Below are positions 1 through 11,984 of a DNA stretch of 64,000 nucleotides, one piece after another. How positions within the stretch are numbered: the stretch's first letter is position 1; every line of letters starts with the position of its first letter. This DNA is from Octopus sinensis. Its lineage: Eukaryota. The notes under the pieces were generated by a model. It was not told the DNA's origin. It was given only the letters and a program-made list of their open reading frames with translations, and did not search any database. The stretch lies in NCBI RefSeq assembly GCF_006345805.1, contig NC_043012.1, positions 2,852,001 to 2,916,000 on the forward strand, read 5' to 3'. The position numbers and the translations under genes are program-made.

Positions 1-115
1 TTATATTATGTTTATGTGTTGTGTATGCGTAAATATAAATAAGTGTGGAATTGTATTTCCGCACATTATATTACACACACCCATACACACACACACATAC
101 ACACATACACACACA

Positions 116-155
<40 letters not shown>

Positions 156-1396
156 GCACGCACGTGTGACCACGAGGAGGCATGCTCATTGGCTTGTGGG
201 CTCTTGAAGCGATTATTTCAAACAGATTTGTATTTTTATAGCTAGCTTCAAGGAGTGCACTTTACGATACGCACCGACAACATCCTGGTTTAGTGCAGAG
301 CTATTTAGGGATACTCAGTGTGGAAGACGACGACGGCGATGGTGGCGGCAATGGCGGTGGGGAGGTGTTGATTCCATCCTGCCTGGTTACATCACCTGCA
401 TCTCATTTTGTTTTGTGAGCGCGTGCAGTGAATGTGCGAGCGCGCGGAGGTGGGGACGCGTGTGATGAATGTATGTTCGGATATACGAATGGTGTTTCTG
501 TGATCAAATATATTTGTGTGCGTGCGTGCGTGCGTGCGTGCGTGCATGAGCATTTGTGGAGTACATGTGTGATGGAATGAACGTACGTGTACGAGTGAAA
601 GTTTGTGTGAATGCATGTGTGTGTGATTATATGCGTTTCCTGTAGAGTGAACAACACAAAGCTTATATGTGAAATAGTTCACTTGCCATTCTTTAGCCCT
701 TGTCCAGTTCCCTAAGTGTGCAACCCCATCAAAAATGTTCCTGCTGTGATCATCTCAATTTTTTTTTTGCACTAGCCCCGAGTACAGTTTCCCCCCACTC
801 CCTGTTTTAAAGAAATTCCTAACAAGTTTAGCGACCACATTTGAAAGTTCCCCCTCTTTGGCTTGATATTTTAGGTGTTGCTTGATCTTTGATCAGTGGC
901 GTTCCAACTATGACCATCTCATCTATTTCCGTGCGTCGAGGGCTGCTAGAGCACATTATGAAATGTATTCTTCCTGTTTTAAAACCGTTGACATGACATT
1001 TGAAAAAGATCTCTCTCCTTTTTCTAGCAGATCGACCGATCTCAGTCTTCCGCATCGCTAGAGCCAAAGTTGTTTAAAGGAAAACTTCACTTCGGTCAGA
1101 TCCTCCATCTTTCTCGAAGAGGTCGTTTTTCCGATTGCTGTCCTGTTCTGCATACGATGAAGTATCGTGGCGATGTTTTTAATGCAACTGTCTCACTATA
1201 GTGTATATATATATTGTTAGCGATAGAAGCAGTTTTAATACCAAAAGATAATCTTTATATGCAACTTAACATGAATGTCTTGTTAGAACATCTTTGGCCA
1301 GGATATTAGCCCTGGCTACCGGTACGCAGGAAGAATATGAATTTAGAACACAAACAGTAGGAACCGCTGCCGCAAGGCATCTTGTCTAGCGCTTTG

Positions 1397-1449
<53 letters not shown>

Positions 1450-1454
<5 letters not shown>

Positions 1455-1661
1455 TAATCCAAACAAGAAAACAAAAAAACAAAAAAGACAACAACGCAAG
1501 GAGGTGGAACAATTAAAGTATTATTAGGCGCTCAGGAAAAAGGGAAGAAGGAGGGTATGACGTTTCGAGCGGAGCTCTTCGTCGGAAACATAGGAGAAAG
1601 AAAGATCCCGAGGTGGGAAGACAGAGGGAAAAAAATGCAAGTGGTCTCACGAGGTCAACAT
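1450..1661 (-). mobile_element. Penelope-like pseudo-LTR / short non-autonomous repeat with hammerhead motif
   Basis: ~200-bp unit also present at 32447-32645 and partially at 1786-1969 and 22795-22920. Flanked by (TA)n. Minus strand carries CYGACGAA-GAGC-TCC-GCTC-GAAACGT. Confidence 0.6.
1555..1589 (-). ncRNA. Minimal type I hammerhead ribozyme motif (U4C core variant)
   Basis: Minus strand reads GUUU CCGACGA A GAGC UCC GCUC GAAAC GUC AUAC: stem II of 4 bp, GAAA core, GUC triplet, stem I with one mismatch. Confidence 0.55.
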
Positions 1662-1785
1662 ACTATATATATATAGTGGCGTACTCCGGATGAATGGTAA
1701 CAGTAATCCGTAGGTGTAAAAATCCAGGAATTGGTTATCCAAGGCAGTCAGAAGGCCGGGGTCCGTGTGAGCGTGCGGTATATAA

Positions 1786-1964
1786 AGTTAATCCAAACAT
1801 GAAAACACAAAGAGAAAACACAACAAAGCGAGGACGTGGAACAAATATAGTATTATTGGACGCTCAGGAACCTTCTTTCCTTTTTTCCTGAGTGTCCAAT
1901 AATACTATACTTGTTCCACGTCCTCGCGTTGTTGTGTTTTCTCTTTGTGTTTTCATGTTTGGAT

Positions 1965-1969
<5 letters not shown>
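1786..1969. repeat. Inverted repeat of the Penelope-like unit (85-bp arms, 14-nt loop)
   Basis: 1786-1870 is near-perfectly reverse-complementary to 1885-1969; the right arm runs into (TA)n. Confidence 0.9.
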
Positions 1970-2025
<56 letters not shown>

Positions 2026-2063
2026 GACCATCCCGAAATATAACAATATATATTCACATAAAA

Positions 2064-2458
2064 GCGGCGAGCTGGCAGAATCGTTTGTACACCGAGCGAA
2101 ATGCTTTGCGGTATTTCGTCTGCCGCTACGTTCTGAGTTCAAATTCCGCCGAGGTCGACTTTGCCTTTCATCCTTTCGGGGTCCATAAATTAAGTACCAG
2201 TTACGCACTGGGGTTGATGTAATCGACTTAATCCGTTTGTCTGTCCTTGTTTGTCCCTTCTGTGTTTAGCCCCTTGTGGGTAGTAAAGTAATAGGTATTT
2301 CGTCTGTCTTTACGTTCTGAGTTCAAATACCGCCGAGGTCGACTTTGCTTTTCATCCTTTCAGGGTCGATAAATTAAGTACCAGTTACGCACCGGGGTCG
2401 ATCTAATCGACTGGCTCTCTCCCCCAAAATTTCGGGCCTTGTGCCTAGAGTAGAAAAT
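2064..2458 (+). mobile_element. tRNA-derived SINE family M, head-to-tail dimer (tail A, then tail B)
   Basis: A-box-like TGGCAGAATCG, B-box-like GAGTTCAAATTCC, conserved core GTCGACTTTGCCTTTCATCCTTTCGGGGTC; more than 15 copies in the window. Confidence 0.85.
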
Positions 2459-3677
2459 ATATACACTCACATATATATCGACCGTGAAATGAAGGCAAAG
2501 TTGATTTCAGTATTATTTGAACTCAGGTAGCCGGAACGAATACCTGCCTACGTGGATGCACATGTTTTAGCAAGACACTGATTAGTTTCAGTTTTCTAAC
2601 TAATAAATTCCAAAGGTTTCTTTTTTAATTTTCTATATTTTTATTATTACCTTTATTCATTTAATTGCGATGGATGGTAGAATTGATAGAGCGCAGTTTT
2701 TTTTTTTTATTTTCCCTTTACTTCTGCAGTTCAAATTCTACCGAGGTTGATCCACCATCTTTCAACGATGCTGATAAAATAAGCACCAGTTAAAAATCAT
2801 ACGGCCGGTTGGAATTTCCCACTACCCACTTCTCCGAATCTTCTTCGAATTTTCAGACCTTGTGTCTACTTCAGAAGTTATCTATTTAAAAAATTGTTGT
2901 TAGTGGAGTAACGTTGGATAGGGTTGAAGTGTACAAACGATAATGCTAGAATGTTAAGTATTAAATTGCATCCCTTAATGTTCCAATTTGAAATCCCATG
3001 GGGTCGACTTTGCCTTAGATCAGTCTTTCACAAGAGGACAGATTGAGGCTGTGAGAAATGAAAAATGAACGGACAAATTAATATGTCTAATAAAATTCAG
3101 AAGATTTTGTAATGCTTAAACTTTGTCCAGCACCATAACCAAAAGGAAGAATGATATGATTGCAAACTATTTTGTCTTCGCATGCATAAAGGTGTGCGTA
3201 TAGGAAGTAGGGTAAAAACATATTCATTAATATTCGGGGTGGGGTACTGAAATTTTTCAGTTTGAGAACCATTGCCTTAGATTCAAGTACGATCGATAAT
3301 AAAGAACTGGCTACCCCACTACAAATTCCGTGGCTATGAGCTAATATATTAAAAAAATCGTTAATTTTTACTTTGCTTCTCTGATATTCATTTAAAAAAA
3401 ATTCTTTCTTTGCTCTTACGCATCAGTGTCTGTTTTTCTGATTGGCTAAAACTGATCAACACGTAGGCAGAGAGAACCAGAAAATAAGTACCAATCTTTC
3501 ATCACTGCCAAAGGTTTATACATTGTTCCTGGGGTTATTCTCCCAATACATCTCGTATATTAGCTTCTTGGCTAAACTTTTTATGACTGCACTATAACTA
3601 AGAAGCGTAAAGGTTTAGAAAGGGCACCGGCAAAATTTATATATAGTTGCAGGCATGATTGTGTGGTTAGAAAATTG

Positions 3678-4098
3678 GGATCTTTTCGGTTTGAACGGCA
3701 GTTTTTAACATAATTTTTAGGTAATTAAAAAATTTTAAACTTCGTATACTGGTAGAATGTGTTTATAAAACATCATTTTCTCTTGCCTTTATTGAGAAAA
3801 TTCTATAGTTTGTAAGATATTTGTTGTTGTTTTTTCTTCAATTTCTTCAATTTCAACCAATCAGTGACGTCTATTGAGTTAAAAAGCATTCTGTGTCGTA
3901 TGAATATGTCCCTCGTTTAAGAAACAGATTGGGTTTATTTACATTTGTGAAGAAAAAAAGATACCCTTCCCCTACCCCTAACCAACCCTAACCCTAAAAG
4001 AGATTGAAATGCAATAGATCGATTCTAGGGTCATAATTATGGGTGACAATTTCATATGACACCGCTAGAAAAAACTGCCGCTCAAACCGAAAAGATCC
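3678..4098. mobile_element. Non-autonomous DNA transposon (Merlin-like MITE) with internal telomeric repeats, copy 1
   Basis: ~29-bp TIR GGATCTTTTCGGTTTGAACGGCAGTTTTT; 8-bp TSD GAAAATTG (3670-3677, 4099-4106); inserted into the head of a family K SINE. Confidence 0.85.
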
Positions 4099-4819
4099 GA
4101 AAATTGTTTCCCAACTACATGGTTCCGGGTTCAGTCCCACTGTGTGACACCTTGGGTGTCTTCTATCAAGACCTCGAGCCGACCAAAGCCGTGTGAGAAG
4201 ATTTTCGAAACGAAAAGTGACAGAAACCTATCATTTGCGCGTGTATGTCTACATAGTTTTAGAGTCGAATTTCCCTATCAGTAAAATGTTATGTTATTAA
4301 AATTTCTACAAATAACCTTGAATTACGATATTATTCACGCCCAATCGAAGATAGATTCTTGATTTATTGAGATTACCTGACTCTCTCATTTCGAGTTGGT
4401 CCCAATTGCTACCAAGCCATTGTTCTAGTTTCTTTGGAATGGGAGATAATTTCAGTAAGTTAAAAATTCTATTTTGTATAGTATTTAACACTTTTACAGC
4501 AGAAATCAGATATATCTAATCCACTCAAAATTTCATTGTCTTTAACTACCGAGGACAGTTTTATTTACAGGTTTACTTTGTTGAGAAATGTCATGTTTGA
4601 TACTTTTTTTGTTGAGATTTGTCAAAGTTACTGTGGCAACGGAACTTGCAGAAAATACCAAATCTAATTGTTGGTAGATATTTAGCATCATCACTGGAAT
4701 AATCATGGAATTTAATTTCTCACCGAAACGGTTAATATACTCTTATTGATGTTCAATTATATGCACTTCCCCCCCCCCCGAGTTATTTCTCTGAGCTCAT
4801 TTTCATTTCATCTCATGGA

Positions 4820-4860
<41 letters not shown>

Positions 4861-4862
<2 letters not shown>

Positions 4863-5240
4863 TTGCTTCAATCATTGGACTGTGGTCATGCCGAGGCACT
4901 GCCTTGAAGGGCTTTTAGTCGAACGAATCGACCCAAGTACTAATTTTTTAAAGCCTGGTACTTATTCTATTGGCCTTTTTGCTGAACTAGTAAGTTATGG
5001 GGATGTAAACACACTATCACCGGTTGTCAAGTGGTGATGGTGATGGGGCGACAAGTGCAAAGATACACACAGATGTATATCATGTGTATACGACGGGCTT
5101 ATTTCCGTTTCCGTCCACCTAATCTACTCACATGGCTTTGGTCGTCCCGGGGTTATAGAAGACACTGGCCCAAGTGCTACACACTGGGACCGAACCCGGA
5201 ACCACGTGGTTGAAAAGCAAGCTTCTTATCATACAGCCAC
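4861..5240 (-). mobile_element. tRNA-derived SINE family K (Octopus OK-like)
   Basis: Collinear with the full copy at 35868-36256, including GGTTCCGGGTTC B-box region and the CAGTCAAATGACTGAAACAAGT-like tail. Confidence 0.8.
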
Positions 5241-5242
5241 AT

Positions 5243-5245
<3 letters not shown>

Positions 5246-5322
<77 letters not shown>
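5246..5322. repeat. (TG)n microsatellite
   Basis: Pure TG tract. Confidence 0.95.
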
Positions 5323-5323
<1 letters not shown>

Positions 5324-8012
5324 CACATACGCAAAGAAAATCAATCGATTAATCTTAAATGAAATCTTGCAGCTACTAGAACATGAACAATCCCTTCGGT
5401 CTTAAAAGGGGTTTTTTTTCCTCTTCATGTCCATCCTGCTTAAACATTAGTGATCTGTAATAGATTAGCCAAACTACAAAATGGCAATTGATTAATGTAA
5501 CCATTTTTTATATATTTATTTATCCATCACGAAAATTGTCTACTCGAAAAAATTTTTAATTTGTTTGTTAGAAAATGCTGAGTAATATATCTTTTAACTA
5601 GAGAGAGGGAAGGACGTAACTTCATTTACAGTTTTCTTAGACAAAAATGAAGAAACGGTTAATAGCAACAACAACAAAAAAAGAAGTACTTATACCCATT
5701 ATATATTTTAAAATTTTATTTTCAAATTTGTGTGTATCTTGTAGTTCTTCAACTTGGCAACTTTCCATTTGATAGAGTCTCTATACCTAAACGATTATGA
5801 ATTAAAAGGCCCCCGTATAGATCATCACCACGTCGTCTACTTACTGAAAGCTTGAAAAATATTCCAAAGAAATCTTCATTAACATCAAAGATATGCGGAG
5901 ACTTTATGTTTTTTCCATCAACAAATACAGAATTTTAATCTGTTATGTCTGCGGAAATATCGTATGTCAGATCATTGAGAAAGCTCTCGTAGGTAGATAG
6001 GTAGGTTCAGTGAGGTTAGCGGTGTGTTAGTTTGAGATGTTATCAGTGATAACGATGGTGATGATGATTTTATTGGTAGCGGTGGTAGTATTTTCAAACA
6101 GTGCAGATGTGTTTACCTCGGTTCTTACTGTTTTCGGATTACTGCGTTTTCCAAGAATTTTTCAGAAATTGGGTATCATTTTAATTTGTTTGCGTCATGT
6201 AAAAATATTTTACAAGGGAAGTTTTACTTTATTTTATTAACTACCCTCACCCCGCCATTTTCCTTGACATTTTGAACTTCGTTTTAGTTCGACTGGATTT
6301 GCATTAGCTTCAAGAAAATACCCAACCAAAATAAAAAGGTGGGATCTTATCACTGCGAGGCAGAATAACGAACAAAACTGTTTTGCACTTTGTATTCACA
6401 GAAAATTTTGCACTTCAAAGTAAGATAAAATAGTTTGTTTTTCCTCTTTTTTTTTTGTGGTGGGGCATTCTAATAACTTGTTTAATGGCAACAATAACAG
6501 CATTGACACATTAACGCAAATGTAGTTGAACAATAATTCCATACATGACAGTTTTACCCCGGCTACCTCCGGTGTTGAATCTTTAAACAATAAAGAATTC
6601 ACAGTGTGAAGTGTACTGGCAACAAAAATGTGTTCAAAAGAAACTGCGTATCTTTACTCAAAGAATTCAGAATCGGGCCAAGAGAAAACTGACCTACCTT
6701 CATCTCAGAAATAGAGGAGCCTTTCTTTACATTTAAGGGAGATGCTATCTGATGCCTGGGTAAATGTCTTATACATAGTGATGTACAAAGTACACGGAAC
6801 CGTTTGCCTCGACTTCCGAAACAAAGGGCGAGTGTCATAGGCAAGCAGAAATTGTACGCGAAACAATCACCTACAAGCTTTGTAGCCAACTGCATGGGGT
6901 TGTGCAATACAAGAGTTACGGTTTGAATCCTTAGCTTGTTATTGCCTTTGTAAAACAGTATGAACGAATGATGTAGCGAGAAATGATACTTGATCGGAAG
7001 GGTCAGCCTAAACTTGCAAGTCCTTATGACTCCTCGGGGCCAAAAGACCATTCTGAAACTGTACCTCATTGCACAACTGAAGGTGCAGAGCAGGAAGTAA
7101 AATTGTTTTACTCATGGCAGCAAAAGGAATATGATGGTTTCATGCCCAGTGGAATTGGAAAACATAAAAAGATCGAGTAGGGTCCGAAGAGTGCAGTTCC
7201 GGTAGTATCACCATCCATACCATATCCGAGAATTGCTTGTCGCATATCCGGGAATAGCCGGAAAATCCGCTTCGTTCTCAGTCTCAAATGTGAACGATGT
7301 CAAAACACTCTTCTAGTTCAAAGATGGCTGAGGAAGTTAACTCTTGCTCGATCCCGCAAATAACCAGGTACCTCGCCTCCCTAGCATAACTAAAAGCAAT
7401 AGCATCACCATTGTTTTGTGATGGTCAGATAATAACGGAAATAGAACTCCAAGCTGCTGGAGAAAATGCGAAGAAGAACAAAAAAGTGTCTCATTCCCCC
7501 AAAAGAAAGTGAACCACAACGAAAAATAATAATTAAAAAAATGGGGAGACTTAGTCTTTAGAATAACGAAGATGACGACGACGAGGAAGATGATGAAATG
7601 AAATTCGTCATTCTTCATAGATAAAACCACTGCTTCGTAGACAGAAAGACAATTGTAGTGCTGCAAGAGTCGCTTCTAAGATTTTGAACTCGGTGTTAAT
7701 ATATTGGACAATAAGACAGGGTCATGTAAAGAGAACACATATTAACCCGGGGTAACCAAAGCCTTGTAAGTCGATTATGTAGACAGAAACTGAAGGAAGC
7801 CCGTCGTTTGTTTGTGTGTGTGTGTGTGCGTGTGTGTGTGCATGCACGCATTTGTCCCCTCTCCCTGTTATGTGTTATTGAAAGCTTTTGACAGTGTTCA
7901 CTCTAGTAATCTTGAAGGGTTTCTGATCTGACAACTTCCTCCTTTCCTTTTCATCAATCACAAAGGGACGAGGGAGGCTGAAAAGCTCATAGTCGCTACC
8001 TTTTCTCTACTG

Positions 8013-8231
8013 TAGTGGTTTTCAACCGGGGTTCCGCGGAACCTTAGGGTTCCGCCAGTACAGTCCAGAGGTTCCGCAAGAAGTTACAAAACTGCTACAA
8101 TCGGCAGTAATTTTTAATTCTCCAGTGCAGATATGTGCGCATAAGACTATTAAATTATTGCACAGGGGTTCCTCGAGCCAGTGGAATGTTTCCTTGGGGT
8201 TCCGCTCCAGCAAAAATGTTGAAAAGCACTG
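8013..8231. mobile_element. hAT-type MITE
   Basis: TIRs TAGTGGTTTTCAAC / GTTGAAAAGCACTG; 8-bp TSD CTCTACTG (8005-8012, 8232-8239); GGGGTTCCGCGGAACC subterminal motifs. Confidence 0.85.
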
Positions 8232-8247
8232 CTCTACTGATTACAGT

Positions 8248-8576
8248 GAATACGCTTGGCTCAGTAGGGAGTAATTCGGCTCACGATCGTAAGGCCGTGA
8301 GTTCGACACCCGGTGTGGTGTAGTACCCTTGAGTAAGACTATTTCACGTTGCTACAGCTCACTCAGCTGGCAAAAATGAGTAGCACCTGTTATTAAAACA
8401 AAAAAACAGGGGGTCAGCCTTGTCACATCCTGTGTGTTACGTTGAATTTCTCGGAGAACTGCGTTATGGATACGCGTGTCTGTGGAGTACTCAGCCACTT
8501 GCACGCTATTTTCACAAGCCGGCTGTTCCGTTGATCAGATCAACTGGAACTCTCGTCGTCGTAACCGACGGAGTGC
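8248..8576 (+). mobile_element. tRNA-derived SINE family R (OR-like), short form
   Basis: B-box GAGTTCGACACC; CORE-like middle; 3' tail ...GTCGTAACCGACGGAGTGC shared with 28327 and 42086. Confidence 0.75.
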
Positions 8577-8624
8577 TAGTTTTTATTGATTACACGAGTA
8601 AGCGCTTGTGTGCGTGTCTCTGTG

Positions 8625-8799
8625 TGTGTGTGTGTGTGTGTGTACGTGTGTGTGTACGTGTGTGTGTGTGTGTGTACGTGTCTGTGCGTGTGTGTGTCTG
8701 TGCGTGTGTCTGTGCGTGTGTCTGTGCGCGTGCGTGTATGTGTGCGTGTCTGTGTGCGTGTTTATGTGTGCGCGTGTCTATGTGTGTGTATATGCGTAT

Positions 8800-8848
<49 letters not shown>
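8625..8848. repeat. Compound (TG)n/(TGCG)n microsatellite
   Basis: Low-complexity TG-rich tract. Confidence 0.9.
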
Positions 8849-8849
<1 letters not shown>

Positions 8850-9086
8850 TGATGGGTCGTTGGTTGGTTTTGTCTTTCCGATCAACTGAATTACCTGCTC
8901 CTTAATTAACGCCCAGGTAGCTGAGCGTCATACAGACACGTGTACCTTTAATGTAGGTTCTCGGGGAGAATGAGCGCGACAAAAGTGTGCCTAGCTTATA
9001 GCTTTTGACGGGCTTCTGTACAGTTTCCGTTTACCTGAGACTACAGAAAAATGATATTTGCAGTCATAGTTGCAAAGCGAACTTCT

Positions 9087-9500
9087 GGATCTTTTCGGTT
9101 TGAACTGCAGTTTTTAACATAATTTCTTGATCGCTAAAAAATTTTAAACTTCGTATACTGGTAGAATGTGTTTATAAAACATTTTTTTCTCTTGGCTTTA
9201 TTGAGAAAATTCTATAGTTTGTAAGATACTTGTTGTTTTTTTCTTCAATTTCTGCATTTTCAACCAATCAATGACTTCTATTGAGGTAAAAAAAAAACAT
9301 TCTGTGCCATATGAATATGTTCCTCGTTTAAGAAACAGATTGCGTTTATTTACATTTGTGAAGAAAAAAAGATACCCTTCCCCCCACCCCAAACCCTAAA
9401 ACCGATTGAAATGCAATAGATCGATACTAGGGTCATAATTATGGGTGACAATTTCATATGACACCGCTAGAAAAAACTGCCGTTCAAAGCGAAAAGATCC
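9087..9500. mobile_element. Merlin-like telomere-repeat MITE, copy 2
   Basis: Same TIRs and interior as 3678-4098; 8-bp TSD GAACTTCT (9079-9086, 9501-9508). Confidence 0.85.
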
Positions 9501-11123
9501 GAACTTCTTAATTATTAGGCCATACTGTACCTACATGAGTGAGTGTGTGTGGATTTACATTTCGACGTAGTTGCTGTGAAATGGATGTAGCTGTTTTTTC
9601 CTTTCAAAATCATTTTTAGGTTTGTATTTTAATTCAAAATACAAATGACTTTATAACAGTCGCTTGCCATTTAACGGCCAGAATGTGGTGTTGCCGCAAA
9701 TGCTTTTGGGTGTGGTTTGGTATAATTCACCTATCAAATTAGTGACATAGGAAATAGACAAATAGAGATAACTTTTAACGCTATTTCGTTGATGAGTCTG
9801 TGGAATTTGTGTTGGCAGGAAAATGTGTTCTGTTGAACTCTAAATATTTTCCCAGCAACCACAAATGTTTTCAGATCAGCACCAAGCATTTCCTTGTGAA
9901 CTACAAATATCACAATTTGTTCAACCAAGAGACATTTTATCCTTAATTTAAAGTACCAATCTTCATGGGGTGGTGTGGAGAACAAATATATTCCATTACG
10001 GCATTCTTTCAGATTTAGTCTCACAGGAATAAGTCTATCATATATTACACACAGTGAACACAAAAGAAATTTAATGTTACTAACTTTTGGGCGGAGTTTC
10101 TGAATAGCGGTTATTACCTCATGGAGAAGGGAAAAGAGCACGGAATAGGTGGCGGCGGGGATATTAAAAAAAATTGAAATTTTTTGTAAAAAAAAAAAAT
10201 CTCTTTTATACTCTAATTTGTACAATGTAACACAGGAGTACTAAAAAAAATGGAGGAATAACTCCCAGTTCTTTGTCCTTTTCCCTTTCTCTTAAGGTAC
10301 TGATAGTTATTCCGAAAATCCGCCAACTTTTATCTCAATAAATTAAAGTTTTATACGAATACCTACTCATCTTGGTTAAAACGCACACTATTATATAGAA
10401 CATAGCTATATTGTTTGGACGCTTCACGGTAGATTTATTAAAATACACTATTAACATACAACAATATACATTTATTATTGATCATAGTTGTATCTACCTT
10501 GTAAAATTTCTATGGTAACTTTCTCACAAGAATTTTTTTATAGCGTCAGTTTTCACTAAAATCTCAGAGAATATATTTTGATAATCTATATAATTCTTCT
10601 GACAGCGCGTAATAAGAACCAAATATTTTAAGTGTGATAGCAAGTTACTTGACTTTTCCTAATTAAAGACATCTCCCGTGTAATTAATCAGGATGACTTC
10701 AAGATTGTCAGATGAGGTTCATAAAACCTAATACATTTTTTTTCAAGAAGTAGAAGAAACTAACCCCAAAGGAAAAATTTGCACGAGTAAATTATATATA
10801 AGTCATACCTCAATTTACATAGTTTCTAGTTACGTCTTTTTTTTTTAAAGGGAAAAGACATTACGCAAACTTCAGTCGATTATTCGTCGGCCTTAGCGAT
10901 CAAAAAGTAAACTGCTGAAAAAAAAATACCTACCTAAAAGCCAATACTGGAAGTGGAAATTCAAATAAAATGCATGTAAAAATAATTACGAACCATTTAT
11001 AAAAATAGATATAAGGATATAATTTTTTTTCTTAGAAATTTTTTTTCATATTACATCAGTTTTCAAGTTAAGTCGCATGTCTTAGAACCAGTTACCGACG
11101 TAAGTTGAACTATATGGAAAATA

Positions 11124-11984
11124 CAGTGATCCCTCGCTACTTCGCAGTTCAACTATCGCGGATTCACGACTTCGCGGATTTTAAAAATATATATGAACAC
11201 CTAAAATTTTTCATTAAATCCATCAAAATATAATAAATATTATTTTCTAGTCTAGGAACAACAAAACAAGCGTAAAATAGCAAAAAAGCATATTCAGGGG
11301 TATTTGAACTTAAGACGGGCTGTGATTGTGGTGCAATAGGGAGAAACGACGAATCACAGCTTTTTATTATGTAATCTGGCCTGTGATTGGTGCTTTGACC
11401 GATGCTAAGATCAGCAGCATCTTCTCTTGTCTCTCTCTCGCGGCCATTTCGCTTTAAGCTTTCTCGCCGAGTGGTTTACTGTACTACTTTACGATGTGCT
11501 GTGCGATTTTTTTTCTTTGCGTTTTCATCCCCTGCAATGGCTCCTAAACGTGCTGCTTCTTCCAAGGCTGGTACTGAGCCTAAACGCAAACGAAGAATGA
11601 TGACTGACGATCGCTGGGAAGGTGAAACTTCTGAATATGTTGAAGGAATGGAGAACCTTCGTTGCCGTAGCCCGCCATTTTAGCGTGAACGAATCCACCG
11701 TCTGCTACATCAAGAAGGACGAGGCTAACATTAAGAAGACGCCTGCCAGCAGCTTTAATTAGTCGGCGAAGAGAGTGGTTACGTCTCGTAATAAAACTAT
11801 AATCAGTATTAAAACTATTAATAGACAACTGTAATGGGTAGGTTGTTAACAGTACATGGAGGGTTTTTAAAAGTCCAAATACACGTTAAATAAATACTGT
11901 AAATATGGTGTCCCTACTTCGCGGAAATTCAGTTATCGCAGCCGGTCTCGGAACCAATCTACCGCGATAAACGAGGGATCACTG
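11124..11984 (+). mobile_element. Tigger/pogo-family internally deleted DNA transposon
   Basis: TIRs CAGTGATCCCTCG / CGAGGGATCACTG, TA on both sides. Frameshifted transposase N-terminus from 11537: MAPKRAASSKAGTEPKRKRRMM / TIAGKVKLLNMLKEWRTFVAVARHFSVNESTVCYIKKDEANIKK (CENP-B-type HTH). Confidence 0.85.

Noticed and set aside
828-1160. Possible exon near the window start
   Set aside because: Stops in several frames, non-ATG ORF start, no recognisable peptide.
6396-7300. Unique-looking region with several medium ORFs
   Set aside because: No recognisable domain or consistent frame; possibly an old transposon relic.
9734-10225. 163-aa minus-strand ORF with a faint BTB-like segment (TFVVAGKIFRV)
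   Set aside because: Resemblance is too short; a stop precedes the nearest donor; no other support.
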